The position numbers and the translations under genes were made by a program. Below are positions 12,296 through 24,409 of a DNA stretch of 64,000 nt, one piece after another (the first letter of the stretch is position 1; each line of letters begins with the position of its first letter). Source of the DNA: Macrostomum lignano. Lineage: Eukaryota. Location: contig NIVC01000800.1 of assembly GCA_002269645.1 (NCBI GenBank), positions 248,001-312,000 of the forward strand, given 5' to 3'. The notes under the pieces were generated by a model. The model ran no database searches. It saw nothing but the letters and a program-made list of their open reading frames with translations, and had not been told where the DNA came from.

Positions 12296-12539
12296 GGGAG
12301 CCTGGGAGGCAGAAGCCATTCGTTCCGCCTCACAGCTCCCGTGCCCTCCAAAAATTGGAAAAGCAGCTAGCTGGCTTTGTTCCAGAAACGTTTTTCACTG
12401 ATTTTTTCTGTCAAAGCAAAAAACAAAAACAGCGGATGCCATTGTTCTCCCAGCTTCAATTGCTTCGGTTGAAAATGAAACACTGAAGCGATCTCGTGGC
12501 TTCATGCTCCAGCTCCAACAGATCCAACCCGCATTGCAG

Positions 12540-12684
12540 GCCTCGTCCACCAAGAAGCTGAAGAAGGACTCCGCGGTGAACACGCAGTCAAAGGGCACCG
12601 CTACGGAGCCAGAGTGCTTGGGGCCCTGCGAACCGGGCACCAATATCAGCCTGGACGGCATCGTGTGGTTGGAGACGAACTCGG
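12540..12684 (+). CDS. sbb: brakeless/ZNF608-like paralog A, exon with the first half of the conserved domain
   Basis: [48 protein letters not shown](G) matches the family motif [24 protein letters not shown]. Acceptor ttgcAG at 12538-12539 (in-frame alternatives at 12512 and 12521); donor G|GTGAGC at 12685, phase 1. Confidence 0.9.
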
Positions 12685-12689
12685 GTGAG

Positions 12690-13418
12690 CCTTGTGGGGG
12701 TCATGAACTCGGGTGAGTGAGTCTCATGGGGGTCATGAACTCGGGTGAGTCTCATGGGGGGGGGTCATGAACTCGGGTGAGTGAGTCTCATGGGGGGGGT
12801 CATGAACTCGGGTGAGTGAGTCTCATGGGGGTCATGAACTCGGGTGAGTGAGTCTCATGGGGGTCATGAACTCGGGTGAGTGAGTTTCATGGGGGTCATG
12901 AACTCGGGTGAGTCTCATGGGGGGGTTCATGAACTCGGGTGAGTGAGTCTCATGGGGGTCATAAACTCGGGTGAGTGAGTCTCATGGGGGTCATGAACTC
13001 GGGTGAGTGAGTCTCATGGGGGTCATGAACTCGGGTGAGTCTCATGGGGGGGGGGGGGGGTTCATGAACTCGGGTGAGTGAGTCTCATGGGGGTCATGAA
13101 CTCGGGTGAGTCTCATGGGGGGGGGGTTCATGAACTCGGGTGAGTGAGTCTCATGGGGGTCATGAACTCGGGTGAGTCTCATGGGGGGGGGTTCATGAAC
13201 TCGGGTGAGTCTCATGGGGGTCATGAACTCGGGTGAGTCTCATGGGGGGGGGGTCATGAACTCGGGTGTTAGTCTCATGGGGGTCATGAACTTGGGTGAG
13301 TCTCATGGGGGGTCATGAACTCGGGTGAGTCTCATGGGGGGGGTCATGAACTCGGGTGAGTCTCATGGGGGGGGGTCATGAACTCGGGTGAGTCTCATGG
13401 GGGGGGTCATGAACTCGG
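12690..13418. repeat. Minisatellite whose unit contains the exon/intron junction (AACTCGG|GTGAGT)
   Basis: About 22 units of GGGGGTCATGAACTCGGGTGAGT(GAGT)CTCAT with variable G-run length, starting immediately after the real donor. Confidence 0.95.
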
Positions 13419-14108
13419 CCATTAGGTTCCATAAGCCCACAGCTGCAGGTCATAAGCTAAGGAGCTGTTAACAAAATGACACTTTTTAATCCTCTGCAAT
13501 TGAATCCCTCTAATGGCAGCTGGCGACAGCAGGCCAAAAAAACCAGCGACCATTTGTGCCCAAAACTTGGGTGACTGCATGGCGAATTCCGATCCCCAAC
13601 CCCTGATCCCCAGCTGCCTTCCCCGCTCCCCATCCCCCAGTCTGGCCGCCCGGACCCTTGTCGCTTTGGCTTTATCAACTTAGACCCTGGCAGCGCCGCC
13701 TGCCTGGGTAAATCGGGTTTTCCATCCGCCCAGATTCTCGGCTTCATCGCCTTCTACTTCTCCTTCGGCTTTGCTAAACCCACGCGCCCAGGGGGTAGCG
13801 ATGTAGCAGGACCTGGGGGCGCGGAGGCTGGGGATGGGGAGGCGGCAGTTCGGGGCGTGTGGGATCGGGATGCTGCACTGCGGAATGAGGAGGAGCGGCC
13901 GGGGGCTCGCCCGAGCCGGCTTATCTTGATTGATTTCCTAATATCCATTCGGCCATCCTCGGACAGACCTGTCTCTCCTGTGTGCCCTGTCCGCCTGTTT
14001 GGCCTGGCCCGCCCTGCCCCCACACTTGCTTGTATCTTAGCAGCACTCGCTCCTGAATGGTGGCCACATACTTGAATAAATTGAAGCTTGTGTTAGGGTG
14101 TAAAAGGG

Positions 14109-14386
<278 letters not shown>

Positions 14387-14839
14387 TCAAGGCACACTGA
14401 GCTCGGCAACCCGGAATCCCAATCAAAGCCCCCCCGCCACTGCTCAAGTGTGGGGAAGTTCGTGACTGTTGCATTTCTGTAGGCCGTGCGCCCCCCTCTC
14501 CTCGACCCCTAAGCCCGGCCGAGCTATGCCCGAGTTGCTTGCACCTTCGACCATCAATTTCCCTTTACCCCTATATCCTTCTCATTTTTCTAGAGAGAAA
14601 GAGAGAATACTCTTTAATGTGACAGGGGGCGGATGGAGCGCCTCCTGCTCGGCTCCCCACCTACTCCTCAGCTTCCTCTTTCCATCCTGTCTATTACGCA
14701 TGCCATCTTCTTCTTTTGCCTGCTAATAATATTTACTTTCAAAAGGAATTGGAATTTGGGGAGAAGGTGAGAAAATCGGAAGTGGAGAGAAAAAGGTACA
14801 TGTGAATGGGTGAGAGAGAGTGGGTGAGACCGGGGGAGG

Positions 14840-15490
14840 GGAGAAGAGAGATAAGGGAGAGAGGAGAGATAAGGGAGAGGGGAGATAAGGGAGAGAGGGG
14901 AGATAGCGGAGAGGGGAGATAAGGGAGAGGGGAGATAAGGGAGATAAGGGAGAGGGGAGATAAGGGAGAGGAGAGATAAGAGAGAGGGGAGATAAGGGAG
15001 AGGGGAGATAAGGGAGAGGGGAGATAAGGGAGAGGGGAGATAAGGGAGAGGGGAGATAAGGGAGAGGGGAGATAAGGGAGAGGGGAGATAAGGGAGAGGG
15101 TAGATAAGGAAGAGGGAAGATAAGGGAGATAAGGGAGAGGGGAGATAAGGGAGAGGGGAGATAAGGGAGAGGGTAGATAAGGAAGAGGGAAGATAAGGGA
15201 GATAAGGGAGAGGGGAGATAAGGGAGAGGGGAGATAAGGGAGATAAGGGAGAGGGGAGATAAGGGAGAGGAGAGATAAGAGAGAGGGGAGATAAGGGAGA
15301 GGGGAGATAAGAGAGAGGGGAGATAAGGGAGAGGGGAGATAAGGGAGAGGGGAGATAAGGGAGAGGGGAGATAAGGGAGAGGGTAGATAAGGAAGAGGGA
15401 AGATAAGGGAGATAAGGGAGAGGGGAGATAAGGGAGAGGGGAGATAAGGGAGAGGGGAGATAAGGGAGAGGGGAGATAAGGGAGAGAAGG
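14840..15490. repeat. GA-rich minisatellite, ~16-bp unit
   Basis: GGGAGATAAGGGAGAG tandem copies with higher-order variants. Confidence 0.93.
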
Positions 15491-15924
15491 GTGGGTAAGC
15501 GGTTAGGGAGAGAAGAAGAGAAGGAGAGCCAGCCAGTCAGACTGCTCAGTGCTCAGTCAGAACCGCAAGGATGCGGGGCAGAGGCAGGCTGGGAGCCGCC
15601 TTAATCAGGCACATAAGTGCCGAATGCTCCGAGCGCCGAACTCTAGGCCGATTCACCGGGAGGCACCGCGGCTCAGCTCGTTAATTATCCCCACTCCTCC
15701 CCATTCACTGCGCCCTTCCCATCCCGCCCGAACTATTTTGGCATCCATGCCGGCCAGTGCTCACACTGGGTCCCTGGGGCAGTTTATCTCCCTCCCATCT
15801 CTCTCTTCCCCAGCCAGTCTCCCCGCCTACATCTTCTGCCTTCTACTGCTTGCCAGCGATTCTGCAGCTGCATGGGCAATGCTGGCTTTCCTGCAACCAC
15901 CAGCTCTCAGTGACTGCGGTTCAT

Positions 15925-16437
15925 TGACCCATTGACCCACTGACCCACTGATCCCCTGACCCACTGATCCCCTGACCCACTGATCCCCTGACCCACTGAT
16001 CCCCTGACCCACTGATCCCCTGACCCACTGATCCCCTGACCCACTGATCCCCTGACCCACTGATCCCCTGACCCACTGATCCCCTGACCCACTGATCCCC
16101 TGACCCACTGATCCCCTGACCCACTGATCCCCTGACCCACTGATCCCCTAACCCACTGATCCCCTGACCCACTGATCCCCTGACCCACTGATCCCCGGAC
16201 CCACTGATCCCCTGACCCACTGATCCCCTGACCCACTGATCCCCTGACCTACTGCTTATCTGACCCACTGATCATCTGACCCCCTGATCCTCCCCCGACC
16301 CAATAATCCTCTGGCTCACTTATCCTCTGACTCACTGATCCCCTAACCCACTGATCCCCTGACCCACTGATCTTCTGACCCACTGATCCCCTGACCCACT
16401 GATCCCCTGACCCACTGATCCCCTGACCCACTGATCC
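15925..16437. repeat. Minisatellite, 16-bp unit, ending ~30 nt before the exon 3 acceptor
   Basis: GACCCACTGATCCCCT; each unit contains CCCTGAC and CACTGAT. Confidence 0.95.
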
Positions 16438-16467
16438 CAAAAGTCACTGAGCTCGCGAACCCCGCAG

Positions 16468-17506
16468 GCATGCTGGTGGTCAACGTGACCTGGCGCGGCC
16501 GCACCTACGTTGGCACCCTGCTGGACTCGTCTCAGCACGACTTCGCCGCTCCGCCTCCGGCGGCTTCATCATCGGGTTCCGCCGCTGACGTCGCAGTAGA
16601 CAGCGGCGGCGGTGGCAGCGACGGCGGCGGCAATAGCACCGAGGAATCTGGCTGCTCGAGCGCCAGCCGACGCAAAAGGCGAGCGGTGTCCTCCGGCGGC
16701 GGCAGCGGCGCCAAAAAGCAGAAAAGTCGGCCGCCGCAGGTCGGCCAGCAGCAGCAGAAGCGGCAGCCGGGAAGAGCCGGCGGGGACCCGCTGCCGGTCT
16801 GCTGCCCGCATCCCGACTGCTCGAAGCGCTTCGTCAGCATTCTGGCCATGAAGTGGCATCACAACGACTGCCACACTCGCCGGACGGAGCCGCCGCCCCC
16901 TCCGCCGCCCCCTCCGCCGCCCCCGCTGCCGCCCCTCCGCCGCCAGTGTTCAAAGTGCCGGAGCAGTGGAGGCCGGCCGTCTCGGTTTCTAAGAAATCCA
17001 AGCCGCAGCGGCATCAGTCCAGCTCACCGGCGGCTGCTGCTGCTGATGCAAAAGAGAGTCAGCTTCATCCGCAGCCTCCGCAGCCTCCAGCATCTAGTTC
17101 TCCGTCGTCTGTATCGCCAGCTGCCTCGCCGAAGCAGCAGCAACCGCCGCCGCCACCGCCGCCGCCGCTTCAACCGCCGGAGGAGGTTGTGACGTCATCC
17201 GATATGCCCCATCCGGCCCCTCCGTTGGCGGCTATGACTCAGCGGCATTCGCATCCGCTTCATCAACTCGGCCAGCTTCCGCCGCAGCAGCCGCATCCGC
17301 TTGCCAGATGGCCGCACTCGTTCGGCGCGGCGACAGACGATCAGCAGAAGCTGCAGTTCGAGCTGGAGCAGCTCCGCCTCATGGAGGCCGCCGCCGCCGC
17401 GTTCGCCGCCTTTCCTGGCCACCTGCCGGCCTTCCTCAGAGACCCCTTCGCATTTCCCTGTGAGTCTGCGGCCACTCCAGTCTGCGTCCCCCGTCTGTGT
17501 CCCTGA
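16468..17506 (+). CDS. sbb: brakeless/ZNF608-like paralog A, exon with MLVVNVTW domain, C2H2 finger and Pro/Gln-rich tail; 1-nt frameshift at 16932-16935
   Basis: Acceptor ccgcAG at 16466-16467; phase 1 gives [29 protein letters not shown]; finger CPHPDCSKRFVSILAMKWHHNDCH. The paralog-matching VFKVP segment lies in another frame (16853..17506 ORF). The exon ends at the stop at 17506 or at donor T|GTGAGT at 17460. Confidence 0.85.
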
Positions 17507-17509
17507 CGG

Positions 17510-18535
17510 ACCTCTCTTCTCTCTCTCCTCTACTCTCCTCTCTCTTCTCTCTCCTCTCTCCTCTACTCTCCTCTCTCCTCTCTCCTCTCTCCTCTACTCT
17601 CCTCTCTCTTCTCTCTTCTCTCCTCTACTCTCCTCTCTCTTCTCTATTTTCTCTTCTCTCTCCTCTCTCTTCTCTCTTCTATCTTCTCTCTCCTCTCTTC
17701 TCTATTCTCTCTTCTCTCTCTTCTCTATTCTCTCTTCTCTCTCTTCTCTCTTCTCTCTTCTCTCTTCTCTCTTCTCTCTTCTCTCTTCTCCCCTCTTGTC
17801 TCTCTTCTCTCTCGTCTCTCTTCTCCTCTCACGACTTTCATATCTCCTCTCTCTTCACTCCTCTCTCTTCTCTCTTCTCTCTTCTCTCTCCTCTATCGTC
17901 TCGCTTCTTTCCTCTCTCGTCTTTCGTATCTCCTCTCTCTTCACTCCTCTCCTCTCTCTCTTCACTCCTCTCCTCTCTCTCTTCACTCCTCTCTCGTCTC
18001 TCTCCTCTACTCTCCTCTTTCTCTTTCTCCTCTCTCCTCTACTATACTCTCCTCTCTCTCCTCTCTCCTCTCTCTTCTCTCTTCTCTTTTCTCTCTCCTC
18101 TCTCTTCTCTCTTCTATCTTCTCTCTCCTCTCTTCTCTCTTCTCTCTTCTCTCTCTTCTCTATTCTCTCTTCTCTCTCTTCTCTCTTCTCTCTTCTCTCT
18201 TCTCTCTTCTCTCTCGTCTCTCTTCTCCCCTCTTGTCTCTCTTCTCCTCTCACGACTTTCATATCTCCTCTCTCTTCACTCCTCTCCTCTCTCTCTTCAC
18301 CCCTCTCTCCTCTCTCTCCTCTACTCTCCTCTTTCTCTTTCTCCTCTCTCCTCTACTATACTCTCCTCTCACTCCTCTCTCCTCTCTTCTCTACTCTACT
18401 CTCCTCTCTCTTCTCTCTTCTCTCTCCTCCCTCATCTCTCTTCTCTCCTCTCTCGTCTTTCGTATCTCCCCTCTCTTCACTCCTCTCCTCTCTCTTCACT
18501 CCTCTCTCCTCTCTCCTCTCTCATCACTTCACTCT
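17510..18535. repeat. CT-rich low-complexity tract (~1 kb, almost pure pyrimidine on +)
   Basis: ctctctc/tctcttc units with internal duplications. Confidence 0.95.
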
Positions 18536-18547
18536 TCTATCTGCCAG

Positions 18548-18681
18548 TCTGTCTCCCCACGCCGCCTGTCTCTGCGCCGGGCATCATTAAGCTTCGCGGC
18601 GCGAACGCCAACACAGCAATTCGCCTCTGGGGTATTCCGCTTCCCTTAGCTATAGATTTTCCCCAAACCTCCCCGATATAA
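18548..18681 (+). CDS. Possible terminal exon of paralog A
   Basis: Acceptor ctatctgccAG at 18546-18547; phase 1 from the 17460 donor reads FCLPTPPVSAPGIIKLRG...FPQTSPI*. No homology support. Confidence 0.3.
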
Positions 18682-19154
18682 AAGCCGTTACATCCCCCTC
18701 CCCCGCTGCGTGGCGAAGTTAACCGCCGGGCCTCCTGCTGTGTTGGGACCCTCCCGCCGCTACCGCAGCCAGTCGCCTCCCCACACCAGAACTGTTTATT
18801 GAACTTTGCACTGCCCAGCCTCCATCCAGTCCGTTTGCCCAGTGCAATCCTGGGATTCTGCCGCCCCAGATGGCTGACCTCAACTGTGCGGCAGTCCCGC
18901 TCCGGGGTGGGCCGCCTGCATATGCAGGGAACACAATCTCAAGTGTTCGCTTAATTATAGGGATGCTTTAGGATCTCGATGCTTAAAGCTGTGTTGTTCC
19001 CAAGCCACACTTGAACACTCCCGCTTCCATTCAAGCATTTCCTGATTTTCCTGTTGCAGCCGCTGCCGCCTTTCCGCCGATGCCCAAGTGAAAGTTCTGC
19101 GGCGCCTTGGACACTGCGGACTCTGAACCTGCCGCTCTGCGGACCTGCCACTTG

Positions 19155-19995
19155 CTCGCCCTCTGCCTCTCCCTCTGCCTCTCCCTCTGCCTCTCCCTCT
19201 GCCTCTCCCTCTGCCCTCGCCCTCTGCCTCTCCCTCTGCCCTCGCCCTCTGCCCTCGCCCTCTGCCTCTCCCTCTGCCCTCGCCCTCTGCCTCTCCCTCT
19301 GCCTCTCCCTCTGCCTCTCCCTCTGCCTCTCCCTCTGCCTCTCCCCCTGCCCTCGCCCTCTGCCTCTCCCTCTGCCCTCGCCCTCTGCCTCTCCCTCTGC
19401 CCTCGCCCTCTGCCTCTCCCTCTGCCCTCGCCCTCTGCCTCTTCCTCTGCCCTCGCCCTCTGCCCTCGCCCTCTGCCTCTCCCTCTGCCTCTCCCTCTGC
19501 CCTCGCCCTCTGCCTCTCCCTCTGCCCTCGCCCTCTGCCTCTCCCTCTGCCTCTCCCTCTGCCTCTCCCTCTGCCCTCGCCCTCTGCCTCTCCCTCTGCC
19601 CTCGCCCTCTGCCTCTCCCTCTGCCTCTCCCTCTGCCTCTCCCTCTGCCCTCGCCCTCTGCCTCTCCCTCTGCCTCGCCCTCTGCCTCTCCCTCTGCCCT
19701 CGCCCTCTGCCCTCGCCCTCTGCCTCTCCCTCTGCCTCTCCCTCTGCCCTCGCCCTCTGCCTCTCCCTCTGCCTCTCCCTCTGCCTCTCCCTCTGCCTCT
19801 CCCTCTGCCTCTCCCTCTGCCTCTCCCTCTGCCTCTCCCTGTGCCCTCGCCCTCTGCCTCTCCCTCTGCCTCTCCCTCTGCCTCTCCCTCTGCCTCTCCC
19901 TCTGCCTTCGCCCTCTGCCTCTCCCTCTGCCCTCGCCCTCTGCCTCTCCCTCTGCCCTCGCCCTCTACCTCTCCCTCTGCCTCTCCCTCTGCCTT
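19155..19995. repeat. Two-variant 12/13-bp pyrimidine-rich minisatellite
   Basis: Interspersed CCCTCTGCCTCT and CCCTCTGCCCTCG units. Confidence 0.95.
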
Positions 19996-21394
19996 CCCAC
20001 TGTCAGCCTCTCCTCTCCATCTTCCTCATTGTCCACGCCCCTCTCCCCTCCCAGATCCCTCCCTCTCACTTCCGAGTTGCATTGCGCGGTTATCATAACA
20101 GAAATCTAATATTTTTGTTTATCTTTGGCACAAAATAATTCGATCCAAATTATTAATACGCTCCTATATCCGACTGCGCAACTCTCAACTGTACCTGCAG
20201 GCCTGTCAGTACAACAGAATTGTTTGCAAATCTCCCTGAACCTCCTTCAAGGCTTGGCACCGATCCAATGCTTCGAAAATTATTCGTCAGATAGCTTTTT
20301 AATTGCTTTTTACCACGAAGTCTTTGAGGCGAAACGCTTGTGGCTGACCTAGAAACTCGTTGCTTGCAAGCAGACAATTATAGGCTTGTCTTTTTGCTTT
20401 AGATTGACAAAACCTATTTATGCTACTGTATTAATTAGTTAGCAAAATTTCCCGTGTTGTTGCTTCAAGCATTCTTGATTTGCTTTTTTGTGCTTCTTTT
20501 GTGCTTTTTATTCTGCTTTCACATCATTAGTTGCGTAGTGTTGCAGTCAGTTATAGTCAGAGTTCACATATTCAACTGTTCTGATTTCAATTTGTTTATA
20601 TTTATCGGCATCAATAAATCTGACACTTTAGTCGCACTGCCTCTTATGTCACATATTTTCCTGTTATGTCAACACCAAAGGTTTTTTCGCTTGAAACCTA
20701 TCGATCCTTCGCCTTCACAGATGCATCCCGGAACCCACAAAACTTCATCCGTGGAACCAACAAAACTCCACTCTGGAACCCACAAAACTCCATCCGAGGA
20801 ACCCACAAAACTCCACTCCGGAACCCACAAAACTCCATCCTGGAGCTCTAAAAGCAACCCGTCAAAAAAGCCAAATGTTAGAATCCAGCCAAGCAACCGT
20901 CAAGCAAACAGCAGTTCCTGTGTAAAGCTATTTAGTAAAGTATTCATTCATCCACATGTGCACTGGGAGTTTTTAATGAGAGCATAGCGCGAGATTCTGA
21001 CTGAGCTGGTTGGAATGGAGACCAGAGATCGAGAGCTCTGCTTTGTGCTCTGGGGAGGCGCAGGCCGGTCATCCCAGCCAGTCACTCAGTTGCCCCGCAT
21101 GTTTGCTCTGGTCAAACAGAGGCGCAGGGTTCACTGCTGCCCCACAGCCCCCCCCCCAACCCTCACGAGCAACTTCTGACTCACAAGTGGCCCGGAGCGG
21201 CTTGCGTGCGTTTGAGAAGTCGGGCGCTTTTCGGGATCCGCATCCTCCCCACTCTGGAAAAGGCTTCATAAAGGGATTTTTGAAATAGGAGTTGGGATTT
21301 TTTGCGGGGCTATAGGGATCACTACTAAGTGGGGGAGATCAATTCCCAAGGGGGCAGAATCGGTGTGAATTAGCGAACACAAATAATCACCAAC

Positions 21395-22285
21395 CCGAAT
21401 CTTCACCTATTGACCCGAATCTTCACCAATTGACCCGAATCTTCAAAAAACCAACCCTAATCTTCAACCAACCAACCCGAATCTTCACCAACCAATCCTA
21501 ATCTTCACCAACCAACCCGAATCTTCACCAACCAACCTGAGTCTTCACCAACCAACTCGAATCTTCACCAACCAACCTGAATCTTCACCAACCAACTCGA
21601 ATCTTCACCAACCAACCCGAATCTTCACCAACCAACCTGAATCTTCACCAACCAACTCGAATCTTCACCAATCAATCCTAATCTTCACCAACCAACTCGA
21701 ATCTTCACCAACCAACCTGAATCTTCACCAACCAACCCGAATCTTCACCAATCAATCCTAATCTTCACCAACCAACTCGAATCTTCACCAACCAACCTGA
21801 ATCTTCACCAACCAACCTGAATCTTCACCAACCAACCTGAATCTTCACCAACCAACCTGAGTCTTCACCAACCAACTCGAATCTTCACCAACCAACCTGA
21901 ATCTTCACCAACCAACCTGAATCTTCACCAACCAACCTGAATCTTCACCAACCAACCCGAATCTTCACCAATCAATCCTAATCTTCACCAACCAACTCGA
22001 ATCTTCACCAACCAACCTGAATCTTCACCAACCAACCTGAATCTTCACCAACCAACCTGAATCTTCACCAACCAACCTGAGTCTTCACCAACCAACTCGA
22101 ATCTTCACCAACCAACCTGAATCTTCACCAACCAACCTGAATCTTCACCAACCAACCTGAGTCTTCACCAACCAACTCGAATCTTCACCAACCAACCTGA
22201 ATCTTCACCAACCAACCCGAATCTTCACCAACCAACTCGAATCTTCACCAACCAACCCGAATCTTCACAAACCAACCAGAATATT
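21395..22285. repeat. Minisatellite, 20-bp unit
   Basis: AATCTTCACCAACCAACC(C/T)G, about 44 copies. Confidence 0.95.
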
Positions 22286-22824
22286 CACGACCTCAATACT
22301 GAGTCACACAAAACCAGCTACTTCAGTGTTTTCTAATTCTGATCTTCGCTTTGCGTGAATAATTTTGCTACAATAAAGAATTCGAACAGTTACTGCAGCT
22401 TGAAAGTCTTGCAAAAGCAGAAAAATTCTACAAATTCTTCGTCAGAACTGCTGCTTGTCGTTGCGCAGAAGGGACCATGCAGCCAGCCATTTTCATTTTT
22501 CACGGCATGGCAAATTGGCGACTGGAATTGCAAAAAATTGCCCACATCAGAGCTTCATCGCTCGCTTTCTCCCTCTCCGGCCTTTCCTGTTGTCTCTGTT
22601 CAAATTTGCCTGTCAAGGCTTGAAAAACACTGCGCAACCCCTCCGTTGCTTAAAGCTCTGAAGGATCCGCGGCCAGGGTGCTTCTGCAGTTGGATCCAGC
22701 AGTCAGTTGAAGCGGCAGAAGTGGGCGGGCCCCGTGCGACTTCAGTCCGGCTTCCTGCTTGCTGGCTGCCACTGCCCGTCTCCCCATCCCCTGCTGGGGT
22801 GGCAGAGGGTGGGGCAAAGGAGGG

Positions 22825-23320
22825 TACAGTAGGGAGAGGAGAGGTAGAGTAGGGAGAGGAGAGGGTAGAGTAGAGAGAGGAGAGGTAGAGTAGGGAGAGG
22901 AGAGGGTAGAGTGAGGAGAGGAGAGTGTAGACTAGGGAGAGGAGAGGGTAGAGTGAGGAGAGGAGAGGGTAGAGTGGAGGAGAGGAGAGGGTAGAGGGAT
23001 GAGAGGATAGGGTAGAGTGAGGAGAGGAGAGTGCAGAGTGGAGAGAAGAGAGGATAGAGTGAGGAGAGGAGAGTGTAGAGTGGGGAGAAGAGAGGGTAGA
23101 GTGAGGAGAGGAGAGGGTAGAGTGATGAGAGGATAGGGTAGAGTGAGGAGAGGAGAGTGTAGAGTGGGGGAGAGGATAGGGTAGAGTGAGGAAAGGAGAG
23201 TGTAGACTGGGGAGAAGAGAGGGTAGAATGAGGAGAGGAGAGTGTAGACTGGGGAGAAGAGAGGGTAGAGTGAGGAGGGGAGAGTGTGATGGGGAGAGGA
23301 GATTGTAGACTGGGGAGAAG
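22825..23320. repeat. Degenerate GA-rich minisatellite, ~21-bp unit
   Basis: GGGTAGAGTGAGGAGAGGAGA-like units. Confidence 0.88.
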
Positions 23321-23760
23321 AGGGTAAATTGGTCAAAAGGGTGTGTGAAAAGACTACACAATCCGGATGCAGTTTAGCCAATGCAATATTCAGGGTCATA
23401 GCGCAGGGGGGGGGGCTGCGCAGGATGGAATCTGTAAAAAAACCCTTTCCCCTTCTAACTTTCTTCAACGCGGCAGCGGGTGGAGAGGGAAGAGAAGCCC
23501 GGGGAGTGCTGGAGGGAGTTTTCGCAGGGAAGTGACTGCGTCTGCAGTGCAAGTCGACCTGCCGGGGAGCAAACACACTGGTAGAGCCGCCTGTTCAGTG
23601 CTGTTCAGAATTCTCTGGCGCAGCAAGGCGAACTTCTCTCGCTTTTCTTCGGTTTTCATGTCAAAACAAATTTTCGAGACCCGGGAAAGTGAACAACTGT
23701 GGCGGGAGGAAGGACTGACTGGTTGAAAGCTGGGACCAAGGGGCAAAGGGGGCAACCCAC

Positions 23761-24314
23761 TCTGGTGCTGGCGCCTCTGGTGCTGGCGCCTCTGGTGCTG
23801 GCGCCTCTGGTGCTGGCGCCTCTGGTGCTGGCGCCTCTGGTGCTGGCGCCTCTGGTGCTGGCGCCTCTGGTGCTGGCGCCTCTGGTGCTGGCGCCTCTGG
23901 TGCTGGCGCCTCTGGTGCTGGCGCCTCTGGTGCTGGCGCCTCTGGTGCTGGCGCCTCTGGTGCTGGCGCCTCTGGTGCTGGCGCCTCTGGTGCTGGCGCC
24001 TCTGGTGCTGGCGCCTCTGGTGCTGGCGCCTCTGGTGCTGGCGCCTCTGGTGCTGGCGCCTCTGGTGCTGGCGCCTCTGGTGCTGGCGCCTCTGGTGCTG
24101 GCGCCTCTGGTGCTGGCGCCTCTGGTGCTGGCGCCTCTGGTGCTGGCGCCTCTGGTGCTGGCGCCTCTGGTGCTGGCGCCTCTGGTGCTGGCGCCTCTGG
24201 TGCTGGCGCCTCTGGTGCTGGCGCCTCTGGTGCTGGCGCCTCTGGTGCTGGCGCCTCTGGTGCTGGCGCCTCTGGTGCTGGCGCCTCTGGTGCTGGCGCC
24301 TCTGGTGCTGGCGC
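23761..24314. repeat. Perfect 15-bp minisatellite
   Basis: TCTGGTGCTGGCGCC, about 37 copies with no visible variant. Confidence 0.98.
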
Positions 24315-24409
24315 CGCCCCTGTCTACCCACCCTATCTATTCTCCCCTTATCTACCCTCCCCTCTCTACCCTCCCCTATTTACCCTGCCTTATCAATCCT
24401 CTCTAAATG

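Noticed and set aside
17301-20138. 429, 394, 351 and 343 aa Leu/Ser/Pro-rich ORFs
   Set aside because: Read-through of CT-rich repeats; the apparent hydrophobicity is an artefact.
23465-24406. RRQHQ / VLAPL repeat proteins
   Set aside because: Products of a perfect 15-bp array open on both strands, without splice or start context.
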